Shown: positions 54,771 through 64,000 of the stretch, piece by piece | Layout of the letters: each line of letters opens with the position of its first letter | Position numbering within the stretch: position 1 is the stretch's first letter | Assembly (NCBI RefSeq): GCF_004353825.1 | Contig: NZ_SMNA01000006.1 | Coordinates: 1-64,000 of the forward strand | Source of the DNA: Occultella glacieicola | GTDB lineage: Bacteria > Actinomycetota > Actinomycetes > Actinomycetales > Beutenbergiaceae | DNA length: 64,000 nt | Reading direction: 5' to 3' | The notes under the pieces: model-generated | Told to the model about the DNA's origin: nothing | Database searches by the model: none | What the model saw: the letters and a program-made list of their open reading frames with translations, nothing else | Made by a program: the position numbers and the translations under genes

Positions 54771-56539
54771 CCGCGCGGGCCCGTGCCACCGAACGGGCCG
54801 ACCTCGGCCCCCGGCTCGCCGGCCTACGGGACGCCGTCGAGGTCCTCGACCGGGTCGGCGCGGACACCCTGGCCGACCCCACCCACGGCAGGCACAGCAC
54901 GGGCGGGCCGCACCGCAGCGACCCACCCGAGCCCGCCGCCCCGTTGGCCCGCGCGCACGCGGTGCTCGCCCGGGTCGGACGGCGTCGTGAGCTGTCCACC
55001 GAGCACACCGTGGTCGCCCTCGCCGGTGCGACCGGCAGCGGGAAGTCGTCGGTGTTCAACGCCCTGTCCGGCACCGACGTCGCGGCCGTCGGGGCGCGCC
55101 GGCCGACGACCTCGCACCCGCTCGCGGTGATCTGGGGACCCGCCGCGCCGGCCGGCGAGCTGCTCGACTGGCTCGAGGTCACCCAGCGCGTCGAGGTGGC
55201 TCCCGACCACGGTGTTGCCGATGGCACCGACGGCACTGACGGCACTGACGGCACTGCCCTGTCCGGCCTGATTCTTCTCGACCTGCCGGACATCGACTCC
55301 GTGCAAACCGAGCACCACCAGCGGGCCGCCCGTCTCGCCGAGTCGGTCGACGTCCTGGTCTGGGTCCTGGACCCGCAGAAGTACGCCGACGCCGTGGTCC
55401 ACACCCAGTACCTACGGCCGATGTCCCGGCACGCCGAGGTCACGGTCGCCGTGCTGAACCAGGCGGATCTGCTCGCACCGGGTGACCGGGCGCCGGTCCT
55501 GGCGGACCTGACCGAACGGCTCGTCGACGACGGGCTGCGCGGGGCCCAGGTGCTCGCGGTGTCGGCGCGCACCGGGGAGGGTCTGGCGGACCTGCGCGAG
55601 GTGATCGCGAGGTTCGTGTCCCAGCGGCGGGCCGCGGATGCCCGACTGTCGGCGGACCTCGCGACCGTCGCGGCCCAGCTCCAGTCCGCCTACGCCGCCG
55701 ATGTCGCCGGCGAGCTCGCCGCGCCGGACCGGCGTCGCCTGGTGGCCACCCTGGCCAGGTCCGCCGGCGTGGACGAGGTGGCGGACGCCGTCGCCGGCTC
55801 GTTCCGACACCGGGCCCGGGCCGCGACCGGCTGGCCGGTCACCCGCTGGCTCGGCCGGTTCCGCCGCGACCCGCTGCGTCGGCTGCACCTGGACCGGGTG
55901 CCCGAGCGCGGTGAGGGCGGTGCCGTTGTGGCCACGTCCTCGATCCCGTCCGCGACCCCGGTGCAGCGGGCCCAGGTGGCGACCGCGCTGCGGGACCTCG
56001 GGGACGCGACCTCCGCCGGCAGCGCCGAGCCCTGGCGGTCGTACGTGCGAGCCGGCGCCACCGGCGCCCTGGCGACCCTGCCCGATGCCCTGGACCAGGC
56101 CATCGTCTCGACCCCGTTGGCGGGCCGCTCCGACCCGCGTTGGTTCCGGGTGGTCGGAGCGCTGCAGTGGTTGGTGTTCGCGACGCTCGCCGCCGGGGCC
56201 CTGTGGCTCGGCGTACTCGCCGGCCTGCGCTACCTCGGGCTGCCGGTGACCTGGCTGCCGCAGCTGGGTCCGGTGCCGGCGGACCCGCCCTGGCCGGAGC
56301 TGCCCGCGCTGCCGTGGCCGACGGTGCTCGTGATCGCGGGCGCCGCGCTCGGGCTGCTGATCTCGCTGATCTCCGCGGTGGTCGCCCGGGTGGGCGCCGC
56401 CCGCCGGTCCCGCAAGGCCCGGGCCGACCTGAACCGTGCCGTCACCGAGGTCGCCGAGCGGCTCGTCCTGGACCCGGTCCGGGACCGGATCGCCGACGTG
56501 GCCACGTTCGCCGCCGGGATCCGCGCGGCCGGGGGCTGA
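54758..56539 (+). CDS. Dynamin-like / YfjP-type GTPase (second of the pair)
   Basis: Contains GATGSGKSS, RPTT, DLPDIDS, DPQKYAD and LNQAD, plus two C-terminal TM helices. Confidence 0.85.
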   Translation: MARLTARARATERADLGPRLAGLRDAVEVLDRVGADTLADPTHGRHSTGGPHRSDPPEPAAPLARAHAVLARVGRRRELSTEHTVVALAGATGSGKSSVFNALSGTDVAAVGARRPTTSHPLAVIWGPAAPAGELLDWLEVTQRVEVAPDHGVADGTDGTDGTDGTALSGLILLDLPDIDSVQTEHHQRAARLAESVDVLVWVLDPQKYADAVVHTQYLRPMSRHAEVTVAVLNQADLLAPGDRAPVLADLTERLVDDGLRGAQVLAVSARTGEGLADLREVIARFVSQRRAADARLSADLATVAAQLQSAYAADVAGELAAPDRRRLVATLARSAGVDEVADAVAGSFRHRARAATGWPVTRWLGRFRRDPLRRLHLDRVPERGEGGAVVATSSIPSATPVQRAQVATALRDLGDATSAGSAEPWRSYVRAGATGALATLPDALDQAIVSTPLAGRSDPRWFRVVGALQWLVFATLAAGALWLGVLAGLRYLGLPVTWLPQLGPVPADPPWPELPALPWPTVLVIAGAALGLLISLISAVVARVGAARRSRKARADLNRAVTEVAERLVLDPVRDRIADVATFAAGIRAAGG

Positions 56540-56614
56540 GCAGCCGAGCCGGGCGCACTAGGATCGTGCAGGCGCCGGGCACCCACCGGCGCTCCTCGTT
56601 CGGAAGGATCACCC

Positions 56615-58447
56615 GTGCTTCGCACCCACAAGGCCGGCTCCCTGCGCGCCGGTGACATCGGTACCACCGTCACCCTGACCGGGTGGGTGGATCGCCGTCG
56701 GGATCACGGTGGGGTGGCGTTCATCGACCTGCGGGATGCGTCCGGCATCGTGCAGGTGGTCATCCGGGACGAGGCCGTGGCCCACCCGCTGCGCTCGGAG
56801 TTCGTGCTCAAGGTGACCGGTGAGGTCTCCCGGCGCCCCGAGGGCAACGCGAACCCGAACCTGGCCACCGGCGAGATCGAGGTCATCGCGACCGACGTCG
56901 AGGTGCTGAACACCGCCGCCGCGCTGCCGTTCCAGGTGTCCACCGCCCTGGACGAGCAGGTCACGGTCGGGGAGGAGACCCGGCTCAAGTATCGCTACCT
57001 GGACCTGCGCCGGCCCGCGCCGGCGCACGCCCTGCGGCTGCGCGCGAAGGTGAACGCCGCGGCCCGTCGGGTCCTGGACGCGGAGGACTTCGTCGAGGTC
57101 GAGACCCCCACGTTGACCCGGTCCACCCCGGAGGGGGCCCGGGACTTCCTCGTGCCCGCACGGCTCTCGCCGGGCTCCTGGTACGCCCTGCCGCAGTCCC
57201 CGCAGCTGTTCAAGCAGCTGCTCATGGTGGCCGGGATGGAGCGGTACTACCAGATCGCCCGCTGCTACCGCGACGAGGACTTCCGCGCCGACCGGCAGCC
57301 CGAGTTCACCCAGCTCGACGTCGAGATGAGCTTCGTCGACCAGGACGACGTGATCGCCGTCGCCGAGCGGGTCCTGGTCGCGCTCTGGGAGCTGATCGGC
57401 TACACGATCCCCACCCCGATCCCGCGGATGACCTACGCCGAGGCGATGCGCCGGTTCGGCTCGGACAAGCCCGACCTGCGGTTCGGTCTGGAGCTGACCG
57501 AGCTCACCGAGTACTTCGCGAACACCCCGTTCCGGGTGTTCCAGGCCCCCTACGTCGGTGCCGTGGTCATGCCCGGCGGTGGCTCGCAGCCGCGTCGGCA
57601 GTTCGACGCCTGGCAGGAATGGGCCAAGCAGCGCGGGGCCAGGGGCTTGGCGTACGTCACCGTCGGCGAGGACGGCGAGCTCGGCGGGCCGGTCGCCAAG
57701 AACCTGTCCGACGGCGAACGGGCCGGCCTGGTCGAGGCCGTCGGGGCGAGCCCAGGCGATGCCGTGTTCTTCGCCGCCGGGACCGTCACCGACGCGCGCG
57801 CCCTGCTCGGGGCCGCGCGGCTGGAGATCGCCCGACGCACCGAGCTGATCGACGAGGGCGACTGGAAGTTCGTCTGGGTCGTCGACGCGCCGATGTTCGA
57901 GTCCGCCGAGGCCGCGGTGGCCGCCGGAGACGTGGCCGTGGGCGCCGGGAAGTGGACCGCCGTGCACCACGCGTTCACGTCTCCGAAGCCGGAGTTCCTG
58001 GACACCTTCGACACCGACCCCGGCAGCGCCCTGAGCTACGCCTACGACATCGTCTGCAACGGCAACGAGATCGGCGGCGGCTCGATCCGTATCCACCAGC
58101 GCGACGTGCAGGAGCGCGTCTTCGACCTGATGGGACTGGACGAGGAGTCGGCGCAGACGAAGTTCGGCTTCCTGCTCGACGCGTTCGCGTACGGCGCCCC
58201 GCCGCACGGCGGGATCGCGTTCGGCTGGGACCGGATCCTCACCCTGCTCACCGGGTCGGACTCGATCCGCGAGGTGATCGCGTTCCCGAAGTCCGGCGGC
58301 GGCTTCGACCCGCTCACCCAGGCGCCAGCACCGATCACGGCGCAGCAGCGCAAGGAGGCCGGCGTGGATGCACCGGTGAAGGCGCCCAAGCCCGCGGCTA
58401 CCGCCGACGCCCAGGCGGCTGACGGCGGCGCGACCGACGCGAGGTGA
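56615..58447 (+). CDS. aspS: Aspartyl-tRNA synthetase
   Basis: Contains [38 protein letters not shown] and PPHGGIAFG. Confidence 0.98.
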   Translation: MLRTHKAGSLRAGDIGTTVTLTGWVDRRRDHGGVAFIDLRDASGIVQVVIRDEAVAHPLRSEFVLKVTGEVSRRPEGNANPNLATGEIEVIATDVEVLNTAAALPFQVSTALDEQVTVGEETRLKYRYLDLRRPAPAHALRLRAKVNAAARRVLDAEDFVEVETPTLTRSTPEGARDFLVPARLSPGSWYALPQSPQLFKQLLMVAGMERYYQIARCYRDEDFRADRQPEFTQLDVEMSFVDQDDVIAVAERVLVALWELIGYTIPTPIPRMTYAEAMRRFGSDKPDLRFGLELTELTEYFANTPFRVFQAPYVGAVVMPGGGSQPRRQFDAWQEWAKQRGARGLAYVTVGEDGELGGPVAKNLSDGERAGLVEAVGASPGDAVFFAAGTVTDARALLGAARLEIARRTELIDEGDWKFVWVVDAPMFESAEAAVAAGDVAVGAGKWTAVHHAFTSPKPEFLDTFDTDPGSALSYAYDIVCNGNEIGGGSIRIHQRDVQERVFDLMGLDEESAQTKFGFLLDAFAYGAPPHGGIAFGWDRILTLLTGSDSIREVIAFPKSGGGFDPLTQAPAPITAQQRKEAGVDAPVKAPKPAATADAQAADGGATDAR

Positions 58448-59232
58448 CGTCGCCGGAGGCCCTGAGCCCCCGGAGCGTCGCCGACCTGCCCGCGCCGTGG
58501 TCGACCCATCGGTTCGTCGTCGACGACTTCGACCGGTGGGCCGACCCGCTCGCGTGGGGCGACCACCGGGCACTGCTGTTCCTCGCCCGGCCACGGCCGG
58601 AGACGGCGGCGCTGATCGGGGTGGGCGAGCCGGCGGCCCTGGCGGACGTCCTCACGGGCGTGGTCAGGCCCGACGGCGGACCGTCCGGCGCCGTGTCACC
58701 TCACCTCGCGCGGGTGGCCGCGGCGAGTCTGACGCGCGGCACCTGGGACCTGCTCGACCCTGCGGTCGCCGCCGCGCTCGCTCTGCCGACCGTCTCCCAC
58801 TGGGACTGGCTCTGGACCGAGACCCCACCTCCCGCGACGCCTGGTGAGGATGCGGTCCGCACGCTCGATCCGGTCGCCGATGCCGAGGAGATCCTCGGCG
58901 TGCAGGCGGAGGCGAACCCAACCACCCACCTCACCCTGGACCGGGAGGGTGCCCGCTGGTTCGGCTGGCGGGACGGGCAGGGCAGTCTGCGCGCGATCGG
59001 TGGGGCGACCCAGCGTCCGGTCTCGGTCCACCTCGGTTCCATCGCCACCGTGCCGCAGTGGCGGGGCCGCGGCCTCGGCGCCGCCGTCACCGCGGTCATG
59101 ACCCGTGGCGGGATCGCGAGCACCGGGCAGGTGAGTCTGGGCATGTACGCCGACAATGCGCCCGCCAGGCGCCTGTATACCCGGCTCGGCTTCGCCGTCG
59201 GGCAGGAGGTCGAGACCCACCGCCGGGCGTGA
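58444..59232 (+). CDS. GNAT family N-acetyltransferase
   Basis: Contains [13 protein letters not shown] and [13 protein letters not shown]. Confidence 0.88.
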   Translation: MTSPEALSPRSVADLPAPWSTHRFVVDDFDRWADPLAWGDHRALLFLARPRPETAALIGVGEPAALADVLTGVVRPDGGPSGAVSPHLARVAAASLTRGTWDLLDPAVAAALALPTVSHWDWLWTETPPPATPGEDAVRTLDPVADAEEILGVQAEANPTTHLTLDREGARWFGWRDGQGSLRAIGGATQRPVSVHLGSIATVPQWRGRGLGAAVTAVMTRGGIASTGQVSLGMYADNAPARRLYTRLGFAVGQEVETHRRA

Positions 59233-59242
59233 TGGAGGGCCT

Positions 59243-59264
59243 GTTCTACCTCGCGAGGTAGAAC
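59243..59264. promoter_or_regulatory. Perfect 22-bp palindrome overlapping the vapB promoter (putative antitoxin operator)
   Basis: GTTCTACCTCG|CGAGGTAGAAC ends 6 nt before the vapB ATG. Confidence 0.7.
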
Positions 59265-59270
59265 TGCGAG

Positions 59271-59440
59271 ATGACCACGATGAACATCAAGGACCCCGAG
59301 GTCAACCGGCTCGCTCGTGCTCTGGCGGCACGGCGGCAGACCACCATGACGGGCGCCGTGCGCCAGGCGCTGACGGAGACGCTGGCTCGCGACGAGGCCG
59401 CCCGCGAGGGGGCCGCCGACCGGCTACTCACACTCGCGGC
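59271..59440 (+). pseudogene. vapB: VapB antitoxin (Rv0623-like, ribbon-helix-helix), C-terminus lost
   Basis: MNIKDPEVNRLARALAARRQTTMTGAVRQAL is a VapB N-terminus. It then runs out of frame into vapC sequence. Confidence 0.75.
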
Positions 59441-59683
59441 CGCCAGAGGCTGCTCGACGAGTTCATCAACATCGCCGGTGGCTCGATCGAGCCCGTGGAC
59501 GCCGCACAGCTGGCCATCGCGCGACGAGCACATCTGCAGTACGGCCGAGGCTCCGGGTCGCCCGCGAGACTGAACTACGGCGACTGCTTCGCCTACGCCC
59601 TCGCTACCGCCACGGACCGGCCGCTCCTGTACAAGGGGAACGACTTCAGCCACACCGTCGTCGTGCCCGGCGCTGCGTCGTAG
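59437..59683 (+). pseudogene. vapC: C-terminal half of a VapC PIN-domain toxin, N-terminus lost
   Basis: Contains ARRAHLQYGRGSGSPARLNYGDCFAYALA...LLYKGNDFSHT. There is no start codon of its own and no N-terminal VDTSA motif. Confidence 0.8.
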
Positions 59684-59722
59684 CGGCCCGACGGGCAGGA
59701 CGGGTCGGCCCCGCCCGGAGTC

Positions 59723-60220
59723 CTACCGGATCTGGTCCGGTGGGCCGAGTTCGATCACGGCCAACGGCAGCAGTACGCGCGGCCCGAGCGCCCACACGAT
59801 CGCGTCCGGGCAGGAATATCGTGCGAACACGGCGTCCCCGAGCACCAGCGCGGTCTGCACCGGCAGCGAACCAGGTTCGGGCGGCCAGGGTGCCATCTCT
59901 TCGACGTCCGCAGGCTTCAAGGTGCCGACCCTCGGGCCGATCTGGTCTCGTCTCGGCAACGGATCCGCGAGCATGAGCCTCGCACGCTCGCGCCAGTCGT
60001 GGTCACCTGGGCCGAACTCGGCCTGCACCCGGACCTCGGTTCCGGACCGGGTCCAATAGACCTGGGTTGCTCCGAGGAAGTCCAGGGTGTCGATCAGATC
60101 ATCGGAGCGTTCCGTCTCGACCGTGCCCACCTCCGCCAGGGTGAGGCCGAGTTCCGCATGGTTCCGGACTCGGGCGCCATACGGCACGTGTGCCGCGTGC
60201 GCCCACCACGTTCGTGCCAT
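59723..60220 (-). CDS. Hypothetical protein (165 aa)
   Basis: Its ATG overlaps the MMPL stop (TGATG). No family recognised. Confidence 0.5.
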   Translation of the reverse strand: MARTWWAHAAHVPYGARVRNHAELGLTLAEVGTVETERSDDLIDTLDFLGATQVYWTRSGTEVRVQAEFGPGDHDWRERARLMLADPLPRRDQIGPRVGTLKPADVEEMAPWPPEPGSLPVQTALVLGDAVFARYSCPDAIVWALGPRVLLPLAVIELGPPDQIR

Positions 60221-62499
60221 CAGTGCTGGATCGCGAACCGCTTGTGCAGGCGCCGCAACGGCTCGGGCGCCCACCAGTTCCAGTGCCCGAGCAGCGTCAT
60301 CGTGGCCGGCACGAGCAGCATCCGGACCAGCGTCGCGTCCACCAGCACCGTCAGGGCGAGGGCGACACCGGCCTGCTTGATCGCGATCAGCTCACCCGTG
60401 GCGAAACCGGCGAACACGACCACGATCACCAGTGCCGCGGACGTGATGATCCGTCCGGACTGCTGCAGTCCCTGCCGGACCGCGAGGTCGTTGTCGCCGC
60501 TGGCGTCATAGAACTCCTTGATCCGGGCGAGCAGGAACACCTCGTAGTCCATGGCCAGACCGAACCCGAACGCGATCACGATGGCGACCACGTAGGACTC
60601 CAGGCCGCCGGTGGAGGTGAACCCGAGCGGTCCGGACAGGTGCCCCTGCTGGAAGACCCACGTGGTGATCCCCAGCGACGCCCCGAGGGAGAGGATGTTG
60701 ATCAGCAGCGCCTTCAGCGGGACCAGCAGCGACCCGGTCATCAGGAACAACAGCACGAACGTCGCGACGATCACCACCCCGACGGCCCACGGCAGGCCCT
60801 CCAGGAGCGCATCGGTGAAGTCGAGCTGGTTCGCTGCCTGGCCGAGCACCCAGACCTCTTCCGGGGCGCCGTCGGTACGTCCGAGCTCCCGGATCTCCTC
60901 CACGACCGCGGTGGCCACCTCGCCACCGGCGTCGTCGGTGTCCGGCCGCACGCCGATCAACTGGTGGGAGTCTCCGACGGCGGTAGGCGGGTTGACGCCC
61001 TCGACGTCGGGCAGCGCGGAGATCTCGTCGGCGAACGTCTGGGCGTCGGCCGCGCCGGCCTCGACGAGCACCTGGACCGCAGGGGTCGCGAGCATCGGGT
61101 AGTCCGCCTGCACGACGTCGATGAAGTCGCGCTGGTCCGAGTCGCGGGGGAGCATCTCGGTCGTGGAGTTACGGAGTTGGAGTCCCAGGACGGGGGAGGC
61201 GAGCACGGCCAGCACGATCGTGGTCAGCACGAGGACCACCCAGGGACGCCGCTGCACGCCCCCCGCGAGCCGGGAGAAGAAACCGTGCTCGGGCGCGACG
61301 TCGCCGAGCCGGCCGATCAGGGACCGCAGCACGGGCACCTTGCTGAGCACGGAGGGCTTGAGCATCCGCCGGCCGACGAGCGTGAGCAGCGCCGGCACCA
61401 GCGTCAGCGCCGAGGCGACCGCGATGACCACGACCGACACCCCGGCCGCCCCGAGCGACTTGAGGATGTCCGGGCGCAGCAGCAGAAGGCCGGAGATCGC
61501 CACAGCCACGGTGACCGCCGAGAACGTGACGGTCCGCCCCGCCGTCGACATCGTGCGCCTGAGCGCCCGCACCAGGACCGGGTCGACGCCCCGGCGGCCC
61601 CGGCGGCCGCGTGAGCGGCGCTCGCCGGCCCCGAGTTCGGCCTCGGCCGCGGCAGCGGCCCGGATCTCCTCCCGGTACCGGGACACGATCAGCAGGCCGT
61701 AGTCGATGGACAACCCGAGCCCGAGGACGGTGACCACGTTGACGACCACGGAGTCGAGATCCAGCACGTAGGAGAAGCCGTACAGGGCGCCCAGACCACC
61801 GGCGATCGAGGCGAGCGCCCCGGCCAGCGGCATGCCCGCCGTCAGGAAGCCGCCGAAGACGACGATCATGATCAGCAGGGAGATGGGTAGTGCCACCGCC
61901 TCGCCCCGGGCGAGGTCGGTCTGGAGCTGGCCGATGATCTCGTCCGTGATGATCGGGCTGCTCGAGATGAGCCCGGTCGCCTCGCCGGAGATCGCGGTCG
62001 GGAACTCCTCGAGCTCGGTGACGACCTCGTCGTGCGCCGCCTCGGGTGCGTCGGCGGCCAGGGTGACGGAGACGAAGAAGCCGTCCTGCTCCGTGGAGAC
62101 GAACGCGAGTGCCCGCGGGTCGGCCGGGCCACCGGGAAAGACATACGGGTCAACCACCGAGTCCACCCCGTCGATGGCCAACAGCGTGGTGTGCAGCGTC
62201 GTGGACGCGCGTCCGGCGGCGCTCACGTCGTCCGGGTCCGACAGGTCGACGCCCTGGATGACGAGGGAGATGGTCTCGCCGGTGTCGTCGTTGTCGGCGA
62301 TGATGTCCGCGCCGATCTGGCTCTGGGACCCCGGCACCCGGGGCTCCCCGGAGTGCAGCCGGTCGAACAGTCCCGGGCCGCCGCCGAAACCGGTCATGGC
62401 GAGTGCGAGGCACCCCCCGACCAGGAGGATCCAGATGATCACGGTCAGGCGGGGGCGGTGGGCGATGTCACGTCCCAGGCGATCGAACACGGGAGCCAT
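60220..62499 (-). CDS. MMPL family (RND) transporter
   Basis: Contains LGLGLSIDYGLLIVSRYREE, TAGRTVTFS, FGLAMDYEVFLLARIKE and DATLVRMLLVPA. Confidence 0.93.
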   Translation of the reverse strand: MAPVFDRLGRDIAHRPRLTVIIWILLVGGCLALAMTGFGGGPGLFDRLHSGEPRVPGSQSQIGADIIADNDDTGETISLVIQGVDLSDPDDVSAAGRASTTLHTTLLAIDGVDSVVDPYVFPGGPADPRALAFVSTEQDGFFVSVTLAADAPEAAHDEVVTELEEFPTAISGEATGLISSSPIITDEIIGQLQTDLARGEAVALPISLLIMIVVFGGFLTAGMPLAGALASIAGGLGALYGFSYVLDLDSVVVNVVTVLGLGLSIDYGLLIVSRYREEIRAAAAAEAELGAGERRSRGRRGRRGVDPVLVRALRRTMSTAGRTVTFSAVTVAVAISGLLLLRPDILKSLGAAGVSVVVIAVASALTLVPALLTLVGRRMLKPSVLSKVPVLRSLIGRLGDVAPEHGFFSRLAGGVQRRPWVVLVLTTIVLAVLASPVLGLQLRNSTTEMLPRDSDQRDFIDVVQADYPMLATPAVQVLVEAGAADAQTFADEISALPDVEGVNPPTAVGDSHQLIGVRPDTDDAGGEVATAVVEEIRELGRTDGAPEEVWVLGQAANQLDFTDALLEGLPWAVGVVIVATFVLLFLMTGSLLVPLKALLINILSLGASLGITTWVFQQGHLSGPLGFTSTGGLESYVVAIVIAFGFGLAMDYEVFLLARIKEFYDASGDNDLAVRQGLQQSGRIITSAALVIVVVFAGFATGELIAIKQAGVALALTVLVDATLVRMLLVPATMTLLGHWNWWAPEPLRRLHKRFAIQH

Positions 62500-62578
62500 G
62501 ATGACAGCCCGGCGACAGCCCCGGTTGCGACCCGGGACCCCGCGATGATCCGGTCCGCGGGCCGCGTAGGCTGCTCGG

Positions 62579-63934
62579 GTGGATCTGTTCGAAGCGGCCG
62601 GCACCGATGACGTCGGCGTCCCGCGGGCACGAGAGGGCGCCCCGCTCGCCGTCCGGATGCGGCCCGCCGTCCCTGCCGAGGTGCTCGGCCAGGACCATCT
62701 CCTCGAGCCCGGATCGCCCCTGCGACGGCTGATCGACCCGCCCGTGGCGGGGGCGCTGCCGCCGTCATCGGTGATCCTGTGGGGTCCGCCGGGCACCGGC
62801 AAGACGACGCTGGCCTACCTGGTCGCGCACGTGTCCGGTCGGCGGTTCGTGGAACTGTCCGCGGTCACCGCCGGGGTGAAGGACGTGCGGGCGGTCATCG
62901 AGGACGCGCGGCGGCGTCTCGCCGGCTCGGGCGGGGAGACGGTGCTGTTCATCGACGAGGTGCACCGGTTCTCCAAGACCCAGCAGGACGCGCTGTTGCC
63001 CGCCGTCGAGAACCGGTGGGTCACCCTCATGGCCGCCACCACGGAGAACCCGTCCTTCTCGGTGATCTCACCGCTGCTGTCGCGGTCGATCATGCTGACC
63101 CTGCGGCCGCTTGAGACCGAGGACCTCGACGCACTGCTGACCCGGGCGCTGACCGACGAACGGGGCCTGGCCGGCCGGGCGAGCCTCGCCGACGACGCCC
63201 GGGCCTACCTGTTGCGCCTGGCCGGAGGCGACGCGCGCAAGTCGCTCACGATCCTGGAGGCGGCGGCCGGCACCGCCCAGTCCGGCTCCGACGCCGGTGA
63301 CGTGGTGATCGGTCTGCAGGCCGTGGAGCGGGCCATCGACGTCGCGGCGGTGCGGTACGACCGCGACGGGGATCAGCACTACGACGTGATCAGTGCCTTC
63401 ATCAAGTCGATGCGGGGCAGCGACGTGGACGCGGCCCTGCACTATCTGGCCCGGATGATCGCCGCGGGGGAGGACCCCCGGTTCATCGCCCGCCGGATCG
63501 TGATCGCGGCGTCCGAGGACGTCGGGATGGCGGACCCCGCGGCCCTGCAGACGGCGATGGCCGCCGCGCAGGCGGTCGCGATGATCGGGATGCCCGAGGC
63601 GCGGATCATCCTCGGGCAGGCCGTCGTGCACGTGGCCACCGCTCCGAAGTCGAACGCCTCCTACAACGCGATCAACGCGGCTCTCGCGGACGTGCAGGCC
63701 GGGAAGGTGCCGCTGGTCCCGGCGCACCTGCGGGACGCGCACTACGCCGGGGCGAAGCGCATCGGGCACGGGCAGGGGTACGTGTACTCCCACGACGAGC
63801 CGCACGGCGTGGCCCGCCAGCAGTACCTCCCGGACGACCTGCGGGGCACCACGTACTACAGCCCCACCGACCGCGGCTACGAACGTGGCCTCACCGAACG
63901 GCTCGCCCGGATCCGCGCGATGCTCACCGACTGA
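62579..63934 (+). CDS. rarA: Replication-associated recombination protein A (MgsA/RarA)
   Basis: Contains [45 protein letters not shown] and ASEDVG. Confidence 0.96.
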   Translation: MDLFEAAGTDDVGVPRAREGAPLAVRMRPAVPAEVLGQDHLLEPGSPLRRLIDPPVAGALPPSSVILWGPPGTGKTTLAYLVAHVSGRRFVELSAVTAGVKDVRAVIEDARRRLAGSGGETVLFIDEVHRFSKTQQDALLPAVENRWVTLMAATTENPSFSVISPLLSRSIMLTLRPLETEDLDALLTRALTDERGLAGRASLADDARAYLLRLAGGDARKSLTILEAAAGTAQSGSDAGDVVIGLQAVERAIDVAAVRYDRDGDQHYDVISAFIKSMRGSDVDAALHYLARMIAAGEDPRFIARRIVIAASEDVGMADPAALQTAMAAAQAVAMIGMPEARIILGQAVVHVATAPKSNASYNAINAALADVQAGKVPLVPAHLRDAHYAGAKRIGHGQGYVYSHDEPHGVARQQYLPDDLRGTTYYSPTDRGYERGLTERLARIRAMLTD

Positions 63935-64000
63935 GAGCCGGCCGCGCTCCTCGCACCGTCAGGTCGCCGACGGGTGTCCGATCGAACGCAGGAAGGCGGT

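Noticed and set aside
55220..55256. 9-bp repeat encoding DGT four times; also HDPA repeats at the end of pgsA and acidic repeats in secD
   Set aside because: These are short in-frame slippage repeats in linker regions with no sign of a separate function.

Overview
High-GC actinobacterial chromosome, Micrococcales-like judging by gene content. Positions 1-22.9 kb hold the 3' part of a tightly coupled + strand operon encoding a phage-tail-derived contractile injection system (eCIS-like). It has a tube-initiator-like protein, separate gp27-like hub and gp5-like spike genes, a stand-alone PAAR, gp25-like and baseplate J-like proteins, a gp7-like wedge, fibre-like proteins, two unknown proteins and a 1101-aa acidic helical-repeat protein. 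These are followed by a 2110-aa Rhs/YD protein with two separate zinc-metalloprotease motifs, a small HEAT-repeat candidate immunity protein and an M23 peptidase. The locus ends at the 3' end of a tRNA-Gly/Cys/Val operon. Sheath, tube and ATPase genes are not in the window and presumably lie upstream. No capsid, terminase or T6SS membrane-complex genes are seen. The rest is the conserved actinobacterial block: thrS, HIT, pgsA, acyltransferase, pimA, pdxS/T, yebC, ruvCAB, yajC-secDF, apt, relA, DUF349, cyclophilin, hisS, aspS and rarA. Also present are a DEAD-box helicase, a dynamin-like GTPase pair, an MMPL transporter and a vapBC toxin-antitoxin module fused by an internal deletion. All family calls are from motif recognition by eye; no database searches were run.
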